Positions 26,019 through 39,110 of a DNA stretch of 64,000 nt are shown here, in pieces. The notes under the pieces are model-generated. The model was not told the origin of the DNA. It ran no database searches and saw nothing but the letters and a program-made list of their open reading frames with translations. The stretch is from Felis catus (lineage: Eukaryota). Numbering within the stretch: the stretch's first letter is position 1; every line of letters begins with the position of its first letter. The DNA lies in NCBI RefSeq assembly GCF_018350175.1, contig NC_058368.1:223636001-223700000 (forward strand), given 5' to 3'. A program made the translations under genes and the position numbers.

Positions 26019-26024
26019 AATAAA
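26019..26024 (+). terminator. Candidate distal polyadenylation signal AATAAA
   Basis: AATAAA followed by T-rich downstream sequence, near the end of the repeat-poor block. Confidence 0.4.
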
Positions 26025-26551
26025 ATTTAATTTAAGTTTTTTACAACATTTTAGCTTTCCAGATGCTGCTTTATCATTTTTTATATAGTAATGGTGTGAT
26101 TTCTGGTATAAAACTGTATCAGAAGAAACACTCAGGGGCTTTGGGGAATAAGCTCTGGAGATACATACTCTGATGACACCGATATTGGACTACATTCACC
26201 ATGAAAGTAGGGTACCCCTTTGGAGAACTACTATGGATTCGGGTGTTAGGACTTTCCTATATGCAAAGAGAAGCTGGAAGGTCAGGTTTTGGAACTGCAT
26301 TGCATTAGGCTTTGGATTTAGATCTTTGATAAAGTATTCACAACCTTTATTTTGCTTTGTTTTGTTTGATTTTGGTTTGTTTTCTCAATATTCACCTGGT
26401 AACTTTACAGATGGGGGTTTGAAAGATGAAAATGTGTATGTACGTTTAACCACTTACATAAAAGCCAAGGTCCTCTGCATGGTTTTGGGTACTAAAATAC
26501 TTTCCAGATTTTGTGGGGGGGGGGGAAGCAACTCAGTTCCATCTAATTTTA

Positions 26552-26789
26552 TTTATTTGTTTGTTTCATTGTTTTTAAAGTGTTGTTTTTTTTTTTTTTA
26601 ATTTATTTTGAGGTAGAGCATGGGCAGGGAAGGGGCAGAGAGGAAGGGAGGGAGAGACAGAATCCCAACCAGGCTCTGCACTGTGAGTGCAGAGCCCAGT
26701 ACAAGGCTTGAACTCATGAAACGTGACATCATGACATGAACTGAAATCAAGAGTCAGATGCTTAAATGACTGAGCCACCCAGGCACCCC
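26552..26789 (-). mobile_element. Can-SINE (SINEC)
   Basis: Reverse-complement consensus; 17-bp TSD agttccatctaatttta / agatccatataatttta. Confidence 0.94.
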
Positions 26790-28503
26790 AGATCCATATA
26801 ATTTTAATTGCACATTACAATGATAATGGATTTCTTCTGAGCTCCTATGTAATATTAAATCTAATATGGAGGTAAAATAGAGCTTCTGTAGCCCTGAGAT
26901 ACTATGTTTCTGTGTTGATTCATTCTAGAATTTTGTTAGTGTAAGCATTCCAAGTGTATATTTTATATGAACTCTGAAATCAGGCAATTATTATGAATTA
27001 GATCTCATTTTTTTCTGCTAGTTTGAGATAAGAAAAAAAATGATATATAAATGCTCTGCAAATAGACTTAAGTAATTTTAACAATATCTTGCTTTAAAAA
27101 CTCGTTTGTCAGTGTCAGAAGAAAATTCTCAATGACGTTAGTGTGCAAAGAGTTTGCATATGAACTCTGAGTATGTAGTAGCCACAGACAGTTAGCTATG
27201 AATCATATGTGACTCCATATAGAATCAGCTATGGAATCACTCACATATCTTGAAAAACACATTTTGTAAGCCGTATTGCTATTTACAAATCTAAATAAAA
27301 TATAGCTTTGAAATCAATTTACATATTTCTAATAAAATAATTTTCTACACAGACCCTATACAAAACGGTGGCTACTAATTAGAGAATTATATAAACAATT
27401 ATAATATTTTTTTATCCAAGGTGTTTTTTATGAGAATTTTTAAATTCCAGATAGTCTTTGTGCAAACACTGGAAAATTAATAGCTCTTTCAAGAATCACT
27501 AAAGATGTATCATCAGAAATTCTTTCTATAAGAAATCTGTACAAACGCAGATTTGAGGTGGAGATTGACAACAAAATTATCCTTAAAATAAGGCTCTATA
27601 AAAAATTAACTTATGACTTTTCTTTAACCTGGTTAAAAGAAGAAAAATATTCTGAGGGAAATTGCATTCACATAATCACACACACACACACAAAAACACA
27701 CACACACAATATGGCTTCTTGAAAAATATTTGGAGAGTAAAAGAATATTCAAAGTAGTGACTTGGATATTGATGTGATCCAAATATGTGATGTATATACA
27801 AAATTTTAGTACTCAACATGTGAACAATTGGCCTTTATTTTGTATCTAGTCTTGGGCTAACCTTTTAGTACTGTCAATGATTAGGGCTGATTCACAAGGG
27901 TGTTTACACAGAGCAGACAAAATTGTTCTAAATCAAAATTTTATAAATGGTGATGTAATGGACACAGTGCAGCCATTACACATTAGCAAATGCTTTGCGA
28001 TCTTTTGTATACCACTATGTAGTCAGAAATATTGGTTGAAAGGGGAAGGTATATTGAGGCCACCATTTTTGGCAGTGTAGAAAGCTTCAAAACAATTAGT
28101 GTTAAATTTGTTCTTACAGACCTGCGTAGGTTTGATTTGTTGTCTCCTTTTTGGTTTAGTTGAATATATAGAGAAAACAAGCTGGAATTCAGATAGACTC
28201 ATTCATTTCAACAGCTATCAAGAAGTGCCAGTTAAGTAATAGTCATAGTGGAACACACATGTATCCAATATTTTGGGATAAGTAGTCTTTGCTTTTTAGT
28301 ATGGGCAGTGTTTGATTAGCTATTTAAGAAGTTAGAACTCTAAAGCTGATTATTCTGGAAAGAGGAAAGAGTCCCATATTTCAAACTCAAATTGTACTTA
28401 GCTTCAAGGTATGATAACATTCAATTAACTCACTTGGCTTTCAATTTCAAGAACAGAACAAGTCTCAGCATAGTTCTTGGGAGATATGCAACTCAAATTC
28501 AAA

Positions 28504-28506
<3 letters not shown>

Positions 28507-28546
<40 letters not shown>
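28507..28546. repeat. (CT)n microsatellite
   Basis: Read directly from the sequence. Confidence 0.96.
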
Positions 28547-28548
<2 letters not shown>

Positions 28549-29460
28549 CCCTCTCTATTTTATCCCTTAGGATTAAAGGCAAATTAAATATTATCTGAAA
28601 GAAACAAAACCATTTCAACTTTTATTTTCCACCTCATCTGCAGAAGGTAAATCTTTTTGCAACGTAAATTTAGAAATCTTCTAAACCCTAGAGCCAAAAG
28701 TAGCTCACAATCATTTGAAGATAAAACCACCACAGAAGCCACTCTTTTCCAAAGATTCCAAATACATCATTTTTAAATGAAAATTCAGCGCTCTTTAACA
28801 TGTGAAAAGATGTATTCTTAACTTTTACTTATATCAGTGAAAGATGTAGTTTTGTTGTTGTTTTTTAAATAAGGAAGAGAACAGAGGGAAACAGAACACA
28901 TTCTTCTTTGAAGCATTAATACAGGGGGGAAAAAGTGCTCTTAGGCTAGTAAGGCATGATTACATTTATCTACTTACTGAGTCTACAAAAATGAAGGGTC
29001 TTTACCCTTCAACACTACAAAGACATCAAACCTATTTTAGTAATGATTCATTTTTAAAGTCTTAGGTGAGAGTGAATGGAGAAAATAGGCATTTAAGGAC
29101 TCTCAAAATTATATCCTGTGAGGAAGGCATGTGCCATTCATAGATTAAAGTGGGTTCACCAAATGGTCTAGTCTTATTGCTCAGCAATATTAGCTTTGGA
29201 AGTAAGAAAATGGGCCATAATAGTTAGTGTCACCCAAATAATTTCATCAGGCAATTTTTCACATGTCAAATGCATCAAATTCTTACTCTAAATCATCTAC
29301 TATCATTTTCAAAGTGCTTTTCAAATGTCTTAGTTTCAAACAGAAATTCACTCGATCTAACATTTATTAATTAAGTTCATCTAATGATGCAGTACACGTA
29401 AGATACTATTCCAGGCACTGAAAAAGATGTAATATATATGAACATTATATATATGTATAT

Positions 29461-29464
<4 letters not shown>

Positions 29465-29508
<44 letters not shown>
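29465..29508. repeat. (TA)n microsatellite
   Basis: Read directly from the sequence. Confidence 0.96.
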
Positions 29509-29511
<3 letters not shown>

Positions 29512-31541
29512 TGATGGTATGTTTTATCAGCAATGAAATTAGAGTCTCTCTTGAGAGTTAAGGCTGACATATAAAAAGCTATAGACAATATAATATAAAG
29601 CAAAAAGTAGCAAGTGTTCTAAAAGAGTCTTGAACACCATACTAGGGAAGTTCCCAGGATCACTCTGAAAGTGTGTCAATACTGTGCAAAACTGGGAGCA
29701 CTCTCTATAGGACACGAAAATGATATAGGGCAAGGGGGGAGTAGAATAGAGGGAACAGCTTATACAAATGTACAAAGGTAGATTATTCTATATGGAATAG
29801 AGGATTCATTCAGGGAAATAATGCTAATGCAAGATGTTATGAAAACTTGGATTTAGATTTAAGGTAATTGAATGAAATCTACTCATTAAGCAATGTCATT
29901 GAGTTTATTTTCCCCCCAAACAGAACAGTGATGGTGGCCAGATTTCTCTTTTAGGTATCTGAGTCTTTTATTAACATCTATGATTCAGTGAAGATATATT
30001 AAAGAAAGATTCTATAGTTATGTATACCAGCAGAAGAAATATTAGACCGACTTAACTCATTTCCAAAGGATGATTACTTATTTTAGGAATATACTTGAGA
30101 AAAAAATTCATAGGTGATGTACATTGTAAGTTTGATTGTTGGAGTCATTTTATCAATTTATTCATTATAATACAAATAAATTAAAATGAGGGCAAGAAAT
30201 ATTTCTGAGGGCAATATTTATTCATATAAATTTGTTCTTAACTGGATAAATGTATCATTATAATCGTTTTAGGTAGAAAAATATTTCAAGGAAAAAAAAT
30301 AATATCCAAATACCAAAGACTGAACAGAGGCCTTATTAAAACTACCAGTTATTGTTTAATAATTATTTTTAATACCTAACAAAAGATGGCACATGCTCTA
30401 GGGTTTCATAATATAAAAAATTCCATTTGGATTTATTTTTAAAAGGTGGCTATCATTCAACAGAAAGATTCAATAATTTGTTAATATCACAGGTAGACTT
30501 AGCCTGGAAGCTCACCTTTTATACCTTCTATTTCTCACTTTTTCTTCCTTCACATTTACTTGCCTTTTTTTTTTACGACCCCTGAGTAGCTGTGTTTGAG
30601 CAATTTCTATATTTCATGTATTTTTCAGAACAAATTCAAGAAAATGTTTTTCAGAAATAGAAAGTAGTTATCGTGTTATTTTCAGGGTTTTGATTTTCAA
30701 TGCATTTTCTCCCCCTCTGTCACTAATCATGCTCTTCCTCACCAAAAAGTAATAAACGAAAATTGCATTCAGAAAAATACTCTGTGAAAATCACTTTTTG
30801 AGCTTGAGGTTTCATTCCATGATGGGATTGGGTTTTGTCACTCTCGCAGCCCTGTGCATCTGCAGACCCTTGGGATTCATTCTGACTTCATTTTTTCCAA
30901 GATAGCCGGGGTGGTGGGAACGTCATTTTTGTTCATTTGAAATTTATTTCAAATATTTCAAAAGGCTTTGAATATATTTCCTAAACCTTGAAATTATAAA
31001 TTAAAATAAAGCTTTACTCTTTGCAAATCATTTTCAATATCATGCTTTAAATGTTTAAAGTACAATTGTCATTTTCAAAACAGAAGTGTAATTTGGTCGA
31101 TACCCTTTCCTTCATTTAAAAGAAAACTTAGATAATTATTTTTCTGAAAAATTAACACAGAGTACATCTCCCAAATTCCATCACCTAAGTTATGTTTTCT
31201 GTTTCTGATTGCACACATTTCACAATGATTTGACAATGGTAGTATGTGACAAACAGCATATCAATAAAATACCATATTAAAATTTACTTTTCATTGTACC
31301 TCATAGTTCAGTGCTTAATCTTTTAATTTGTATTTCACTAAATTCTCCTCAGAATATGATTTCTGAGGCCTGGAAATATATATACTCCTTCACCTGCCTC
31401 CTACCATTGGCCATTTTGTTTCACTCAGTCAGTCTTTATTAGTCACCTGCCTCATCTGTATCAGTTTCTGTTTGAGAGAATCAATGATACAGGAAAGAGA
31501 AATTCTTTATTGGGACAAACCTTCTTGAAAATAACCAGGTC

Positions 31542-31588
31542 ACAGCTCAACTTTCTTTTTTTTTTTTTTTTTACAGCTCAACTTTCTT
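31542..31588 (-). mobile_element. Poly(A)-only retrotransposition scar (T15 between perfect 16-bp direct repeats)
   Basis: acagctcaactttctt at 31542-31557 and 31573-31588 flanking T15. Confidence 0.8.
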
Positions 31589-33559
31589 GATTCCTACTGA
31601 AAGTTTTGAGTTAAAATATGAAACTGAAACTGGGGGAAAAAAAAACCTTAGGTTTAAGAATCTAGGATTCAGAACACATATTAGGAATCTCTGTATGTAC
31701 TTGCATGAGTTTAAATGTCAGTGAAAACATTGTTTAAATTCTCCTTCAGTTTCAAATGGAAAGAGTAATATCTTATATTTATCTCACAGAATTGTTAGGA
31801 ATACCGGATGTGTTTTTTTGTGTATAAAACACAGAAATGAGAACATTTCTTCGGCAAGTTGAGTAATCTTATTATTATAGGTTCTTTTTCTTTTTCTTTT
31901 TCTTTCTTTTTTTTTTGGTCCCCTCCTTGGCCTCAAAAAATTATTACTTGGGTTATATATTACAGGAATGAAAGCTCTGCATAGTCTCAAAACAGGCTAA
32001 GCACAGAGATACGTTCTTCATCCAAGGAGGCAAAGAAAAAGAGCCATTCCAATATTAGCCCACTGGATCCTTCTTTTCATCATTCAGAGGACAAAAGAAA
32101 TTATAATCTCTATTTAACTGTATGTATTGGATTTCCCTCCATACCTTTAGTACACAAAAATCTCAACAAGATTAGACTAATACATTAGAATTACGTTATG
32201 AACCATACATACTATTTATTGGCTTCTCTGTTTCAGAATATATTTTATAAACACAGGTTTCTCTTGTTACGTAATTATTAAAAAATGTGAAAGGTAGTTC
32301 TTGTGATTTTTGTGTACAAACAATAAAAATATTTAGATCCAAGATATTTGGTAGTTTATAAAAAAACTCTTAAAATGCAAGGGAAACAAAACTCATAGCA
32401 TAGCTATGGAATATATTTTGCATGAACAAAGAAACACACTTCTATGAGCTCTGGGAGGTCTTTGGCAAAAATTACAGGAACTCTATCATGTACAAAAACA
32501 CTATGTTATTTTATAATAATTAATAAACAACCCAGAATAATAAATAGTCCAATATCACACAGTGCTTGCAAATTTGTGAATAGAGTAAATACGATGCCTA
32601 ACATAGAGGAAAACCTGCATCTCCTTTGCAATCTATCTTCCTCTCTATTTTATCCACAACCCAGGAAAACCTGGTTGTTGATTGCTAGTTACGCATTATT
32701 CATAGTGGTCTCTCCAGTAGAGAATAGAGCCTATTCCCCAATTTCAATCAAAGAAGAATGTTCCTATTTAAGGAGGCATTGAACAAAATAAAAATGATTT
32801 GGTAAAGGCTACTTCATTGTCAGACAATAAAACTTCATATTCTACATGTAGGAAAGGAAACACTTGTTCTCAGAAAAGATACCTTCCTTTTGAAGAAATT
32901 AATGTCAGTGCATTTCATTAGGACACAGTAAGTTAAGAATATTAACTCAAGTCTTGTTGGAAACAACAGCATATTTTGAGGAACTTTTGGATTTCCTCTG
33001 TATCCCAGTCATACACCAGCCCCTCTCTGTTAAATGGTGGCCTAATCTTCTTGTTCACCGAAAGGTAGATGTCACTAATTAAGTAAAATAACAGAAGTCC
33101 ACATGTTTCTCTTTCTCTTTCCCAAATCTTATTCTGTCTCAACAAACAAGTTTGACATCTAGGACATTTCAAAAATCCCTCTGCAGTCATCTTGGATAGC
33201 TACGTATTTCTCTGTCAGTTAAAGAATTGTTCTCTCACATTTTCATTCAGCCTTTACTCGAAGAAAACCATTGAAGAATTTGTTTTAAAGCACCATAGAA
33301 AAGGAAAATCAAAGTGTTGGTGAAGTACTATGGTTTTCTGAGAGGGTTACGCCCTCACACATTTAATCACTGATTTTCACCAGCGGCTTCTTAAAGACGA
33401 CTGACCAACAGCCTAACCAGGTTATGCTTACTTGTTGGAAGAACACATTAAATAATGAGGGAACTGATTTCTTTCACCCCCCAAATAAAAATTATGACAT
33501 TATTACCATAGAACAGAACCTGACTGTAGAGCAAAGGAAGTAAACAAGGAATTGTGGGA

Positions 33560-33765
33560 GTTTTTTGTTTGTTTTTGTGGGACTTTTGGGAGTATAGCTG
33601 ACACACAAGGTTACATTAGTTTCAGGTGTACAACATAGTGAATCAACAAGTTTATTTGTTACGCTGTGCTCAACACAAGTTAGCCACCATTTGTCATCAC
33701 ACAATGCTAGCTATTACAATGCATTGACTATATTCCTTGTGCTGTGCCTTTTATTCCTGCGACTT
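33560..33765 (-). mobile_element. Carnivore L1 3' end fragment
   Basis: 'gagtatagctgacacacaaggttacattagtttcaggtgtacaacatagtga' is a typical antisense L1_Carn 3' terminus. Confidence 0.8.
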
Positions 33766-34159
33766 CCTGGTTTGCAAAATGCTAGGGACCATGCCAAGAA
33801 GATTAAAACCAGAGGTAGGTAGAAAGAGATTCGAGTACTTGCCCCTGGAGATATTTTCATCTCCCAGTGGGGCGACTAAACATCCGTGGGCAGCATTAGG
33901 GAGCGTAGAGACAAGGATTTCACTCTGTTCAGTCATATGTTTAAATAAAAAACACTTCCGGGGGCTCCTGGGTGTAAAGTAAATCTTTGTTAATGAGAAA
34001 AAGCACTTACTGTGGGTCTCTCCTTAGGAAAGCTCCCAGTGTTTAATTTTCAGACAGAAATTGGAAGAAGAAATGAAGGTACCCTGAAGAATTCATGTGT
34101 GCAATAATCTGGGGCCACACAGGGGGAGGTTAGGGGGGAGAAAAGTGAGATTCTTAATT

Positions 34160-34560
34160 CTTGCATCAGTTGTTTAGTATTTATAGGAATATTCAGATTT
34201 TCTAATTCTTCTTTAGTGAGTTTGGGCAAAATAATACTTTTGTAGACCCTTGTCTTTTTAAAATGTTCCAGATTTTTAGCAAGAAGGCATTTGTATTATC
34301 TTACTATCTTTTTAATACATAGTGCATCTACATCTATCTCCTTTTTATCATCAAATGTTTTTCAACCTCTCCCCTTTTTTTTAATTTGAAAGAATTTTGT
34401 CAAATTTATCACTTTTAATTGAATATATTCAACTTTTATATTTTATCTATAGCATATATATATGTTTTAATTTTCTAATTTCTGCTCTCAGCTTCATTCT
34501 TTTTTAAATTAGTATGCTTTATTTGGCTTTATTAATTAATCTCTATTGGATACTTAAAGT
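34160..34560 (-). mobile_element. Ancient L1 fragment
   Basis: T-rich; 'tattcagattttctaattcttctttagtgagtttggg' resembles antisense L1M ORF2. Confidence 0.5.
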
Positions 34561-34789
34561 TTAAAACCCAATTCATTTAAATTAAGATTTTCTTATATTT
34601 AATTCTTTAATATTTAATATTTAATTTTATTTATTTATTCATTTATTTATTTTATATATTTTATTTTATATATTTTATATATTTATATAAATTTTATATA
34701 TTTATTTAATTCTTTAATATTTAATTCTTTATATTCTTATATTTCTAATATTTGTCTTCTGAGACACAAGTCTCTTCCCCAAGTGTTTT

Positions 34790-35110
34790 ATCTCTATCAG
34801 GGCAATCCTCTTTGCTATAACAGACACAATGAAAATCTTGGTGGTTTATCAGAATAGAAGTTTATTTCTTGCTCTGGTAAAGTCTGTGTTCTCAATTGAT
34901 AGTTAGATCTCCCCAAGCTGTGATCCATGCATCCAGTCACCTTCCATTTTATATTTCTGATACCCCCTAGGACTTGGAATCCAATGTCCTGTATCCAGTT
35001 GCCTTCATGGAAAAGACAGACTGATCCACTCATATTCTATTTGGTGAAATCTGCTAACATAACTTACCTAGATGCAAGAAAAGGTATGAAATGTCACTGC
35101 CTATGACTCA
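34790..35110 (-). mobile_element. MaLR LTR fragment (MLT1-like)
   Basis: 'gctataacagac...aaatcttggtggttta...gaagtttatttcttgctc'. Confidence 0.55.
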
Positions 35111-35368
35111 TTTGGGGACTGATCATGTATGCATCCTCTGCCTACACATGTCAAAATTCTAGACTCCCGGTAGTAAAGGAGACGGTCAAAATAAATCATA
35201 TTATTTTTTCACAAACAGTTTAGGTGTTATAAGCCATGCTTACCAGTTAGGGAATAATGGGAAGTCTTCCAAAGTCTGAACTCTCACATGTTATCCAAGG
35301 GGTCAAATTGCAAGCAGACCTTTGTAAGGAAAGCACTCTTAGGCTTACTATATGCATTGTTTACTGAA
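35110..35368. mobile_element. ERVL LTR fragment (MER68/MER77-like)
   Basis: 'caaaattctagactccc...acaaacagtttagg...cagttagggaat...ttgcaagcagaccttt' matches the recalled consensus. Confidence 0.55.
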
Positions 35369-35532
35369 AACTTGCTATGGTGTTTTGGGGAGAAAATATA
35401 CAATTTCTCACCATTAAATAGTTTAGATTTAGGGGTTTTTTTTTTGGTAAATGTTCTTTATTAAGTTAAGGAAGTTCACAATTATGCCTTGTTTGCTGAG
35501 AGGATTTTTTTAAAAAAATCATCACAAATGTG

Positions 35533-35870
35533 TGTATTACTCAGCCTTCTCTAGAGAAGCAGAATTAATAGGATGTGTGTGTGAGGAGATTGATTATAAG
35601 AAATTGACTCAAGCAATTATGGAGGCTAGTTAGTATAAAATCTGCAGTGTGGGCAGCAGGCTGGACATTTAGGAGAACCAAGGAGGTACAGATGAAGTAT
35701 AAGGCATTCCACTGGGGAATTATCTCTGCTGGAGGGAGCTGGTCTTTGTATTTTATTCAGGCTTTCAGCTGACTGGATGAGGCTCACCACATTATGAAGG
35801 GAAAACTGCTTACTCAAAGTTCACAAATTTAAATGTTAATCTCACTTGAAACATCCTCCAAGGGATACAC
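35533..35870 (-). mobile_element. MLT2 (ERVL) LTR
   Basis: 'tgtatt...ttctctagagaagcagaattaatagga...gattataagaaattgactca...ctgactggatgaggctcaccacattatg...aaatgttaatctca'. Confidence 0.8.
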
Positions 35871-36048
35871 GCAGGAAACCATGATGGGTGTCAGATTTTG
35901 TCAAATGCTTTCCCTGCCTCAAATGATATGGGTACGTGACTTTGGTTTTCTTTAGCCTGTTGATATGGAGGTGATTTCTAAATGTTACAATAATTCTTGG
36001 CAATCAGAAATAAATTTCACTAAGTCATAGTGTGTAATGTTTTTATAT

Positions 36049-36823
36049 TGTTGCACAATAAAAATGTTGTGTAACCTTTGTTCTGGGCTCCTAAGATAGA
36101 GCTTCTAAAGCTTTTGGATTTTTATGAGTGATAGAGTCTTTGTTATTCATTGGGACCCCTAGAATCACACCATAGTTAATACTAATAAAGTAACCTATGA
36201 TGGGCCTCCAAATAGTTTCAGCATGAGTAAAGTTTAAGAGCTGACATACCAATAAGACAAATCACATGAGTAGATGATCAGATCTTTGAGCCAGGTGCTA
36301 TCATCTCAAGCTCTGGGGAGTGGAAGGGGATGGGACATTACATATAGTCACTTAGACAGCAATTCAATCATACCTACATAACAGGACCCCGTAAAAGCTC
36401 TGGACAACACAACTCAGTTGAGCTATTCTGGCTGGTGATCACATTGATGAGTTAGGAGGAGGATATGTTCCGATTCAATGGGAAAAGGACTTGAGAGCTC
36501 CTCATTTGGTATCCTTCTTGACTCCTCCTGTAGGTCCCTTCATCTGGCTGGTCCTAATCTGGATCCTTGATAATGAAATGGCAATTGAAAACATGATATT
36601 TTTCTAAGTTCTGCACATTGTTCCACTAAATTATAAAACCTGACAGAGTTGTGGGAATCCTAAAACGTATAGCTATTCGGTCAGAGTGCTAGTAGAATGG
36701 GGACCCCTGAACTTGTGGCTTGTGTCTAATTTGAGAGCATTCTTATTGGGGACTGTACCCATTACCTGTAGAGTCTGGACTAACTCTGGGCAGTTAGTGC
36801 AGGAGTTGTATTGTAGTATTGCA
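36049..36823 (+). mobile_element. MER21-like solo LTR
   Basis: Starts TGTTGCA, ends TTGCA, with imperfect TSD tatat/tatgc. Contains MER21-like 'gagtgatagagtctttgttattcat' and 'aactctgggcagttagtg'. Confidence 0.7.
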
Positions 36824-38961
36824 TATGCCATGTTGGATTCAATTTGCTAAAACTTTGTTGCAGATTTTTGCATCTATGTTCATGAGATTTATTACTCTGT
36901 AGTTTTCCTTTCTTGCAATATCTGGTTTTGGTATTAAGATAATGCAGAATTTATAAAATGAGTTCTGAAGTGTTCCCTCTGCTTCTGTTTTCTGGAACAG
37001 ATGCCTGAGTATTGCTATAATGATTCCCCACGTGTTCAGTAGAGTTCACCAGTGAAATCAATTAATTCTGGTTCTTTCTTTTCTGGGAGATTATTAATTA
37101 TTGATTAAAAATTTTTAATAGATGTGCCTATTGACAATATCATCCTCCTTCTGTTGGTTTTAGCAGTTTATATATTTTAAGAAATTGCTTCATTTCATCA
37201 AATTGTTAAGAGTTAATTATTCCTTTGTTATCCTTATAATGCCCCTATGATAATCTCCGCTTATATTGCCCTTCTTTTCTTGTATGTTGTCTACTTTTCT
37301 CATTAGTGTCCTTAACATATTACCCACAAGTCTCTTATATGCCCAAACCTTTGTCATATCTGGATTGGATTCTGATGCTTGCTTAGTCTGTTCAGATTGT
37401 GTTTGCTTCCCTTTCAATATGTCTGGTAACTTTTGGTCAAAGGCCAAATATGATTAATTGGGTATCAGAAACTCAGGTAGGTAGGTCTTTTGAGGTTTTA
37501 CATTCATCTGACCAGGAGTTGGGTACTGTTGAATGTTTGTGCTACCTGCACATGGCAGAGAATTCAAAATCCTCTAGTGTCCTTGTTGTAATTTTTCCTG
37601 TTCCCTTCAACTCCTCCTTCAGTAGAACCTGTGCCTTGCAGCTCTATCAGTTTTAATCCACTGTTATTAAACTGTAGCCTTGTTTATATGGAGGTAAGAA
37701 GTGGGGAAGGAGAAGTGTCCTCTAATCGCATGATTCAATCGATGCATTTTAATCATCTGTGTCCTTGGGCTGTGATATTTTTCACAAAATCTTCTTCGAT
37801 CACCCCCTTCCTTAGCCCTAGAGATGAATGGAGTTAGGTAACTCCTCTTCCCCTAGGTGGGATAATGCTCTCATGAACCTTTCCTTTCCCCCTTTCCTTT
37901 GTTACAAAGAATACTCTGTGCTTATTTCTCAACGGTTGATTTTCCCCTCACCTTGCCAGAGCCAGGAAGATTCATTGGCCCTCTGATGATGTAAAAACCT
38001 GATAAAGTTCCTGTAAGCGAAACTCACAAAATTGTAGAACCCCCAAGGCTAAGCCCCCAGGAGTTTCTCATCCTAGTTAAAATCAACATCTAGTAATTTA
38101 TGAAAATTGCCACGTGAGTGTCCTTAGCCACTTGCACACGTGGTTTCTGATGCAGACAAGCAAATCTTGGCTGTCATTTTGTGCATTTGCATATATCTCT
38201 ACATTCCTGTATGGCAGTGTCTCCTGAGGCCTTCCTCTGCTAGGTCCAAGCAAAGTTATAGATTTTTAGTTTATTCGACTTTTTTTACTTCTTGTAAGGA
38301 TAGGAGTAATGACTTGCAAAATGTTTACATTCCAGAGCTGAAACCAAAAGTGACTGGTTGCTTCTAATACACTCACTTTTCCATTATACATTTAATAAGC
38401 CCTTTTACTCATTTCAATATATTATTGTATCTATTTTAATTAATTTATTTTGTTATTTGTTTTTAGAATCCCTAGTCTTCCAGTCTTTGAGGTGACTCTG
38501 TTGAAGTCTGAGGAGTAGAAACAAGCTATTCCTCAAAATTCTACCCAAATGCAGATTTGTGAGCAAAGTAAACGATTTTTTTCGTGAACAACTAAATTTA
38601 AAGTGATTTGTTGTGAATTAATAAAAAAACTAGAATATGTAGATTAAGAGAAGATTTTTGCTGTTTTTGTCCTCTACAGTATTAGAGTTACTATCAATCA
38701 AGAGCGATCTCAAACTAAAGAATCTTTGGTGACACTTGCATGTTAGGACCATTTCCAACCTTGTTTGATGGCTAATGTAATTCTCAATTCTTAGAGGAAG
38801 GTTGTTGTCGATCTGGATTGTAGATCCACATTCCAAGCTGGGATGGGCTATTTTCATTCCTGTCCCCTTTTACAGTGTGATCATTGATGTTTCATTCTTC
38901 TTAGTCTTAGATTTATGAGGAAGTTTCAGATCTGAATTTCCAACTTGCATGACCACCTAAG

Positions 38962-39110
38962 CTTCTCCTCCTCCCCCTCCTCCTCCTCCTCCTCCTCCTC
39001 CTCCTCTTCCTCCTCCTCCTTCTTCTTCTTCTTCTTCTTCTTCTTCTTCTTCTTCTTCTTCTTCTTCTTCTTCTTCTTCTTCATCTTCTTCTTCTCCTCC
39101 TCCTCCTTCT
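38962..39110. repeat. (CCT)n-(CTT)n-(CCT)n trinucleotide polypyrimidine repeat
   Basis: Read directly from the sequence; a single A interrupts it at 39083. Confidence 0.97.

Larger units (their letters stand above)
24112..26045 (+). other. CDH18: CDH18 3' UTR (true end uncertain; a short form may end near 24380)
   Basis: Follows the stop codon and is largely repeat-free. AATAAA occurs at 24355, 25546, 25653 and 26019. Confidence 0.55.
35380..38365 (-). mobile_element. Old L1 (L1M) split by two LTR insertions
   Basis: Collinear antisense ORF2 pieces at about 35380-35530, 35885-36048 and 36824-37260 ('ttggattcaatttgcta...tttttgcatctatgttcatgag'), then 5'-region-like sequence. Confidence 0.65.
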
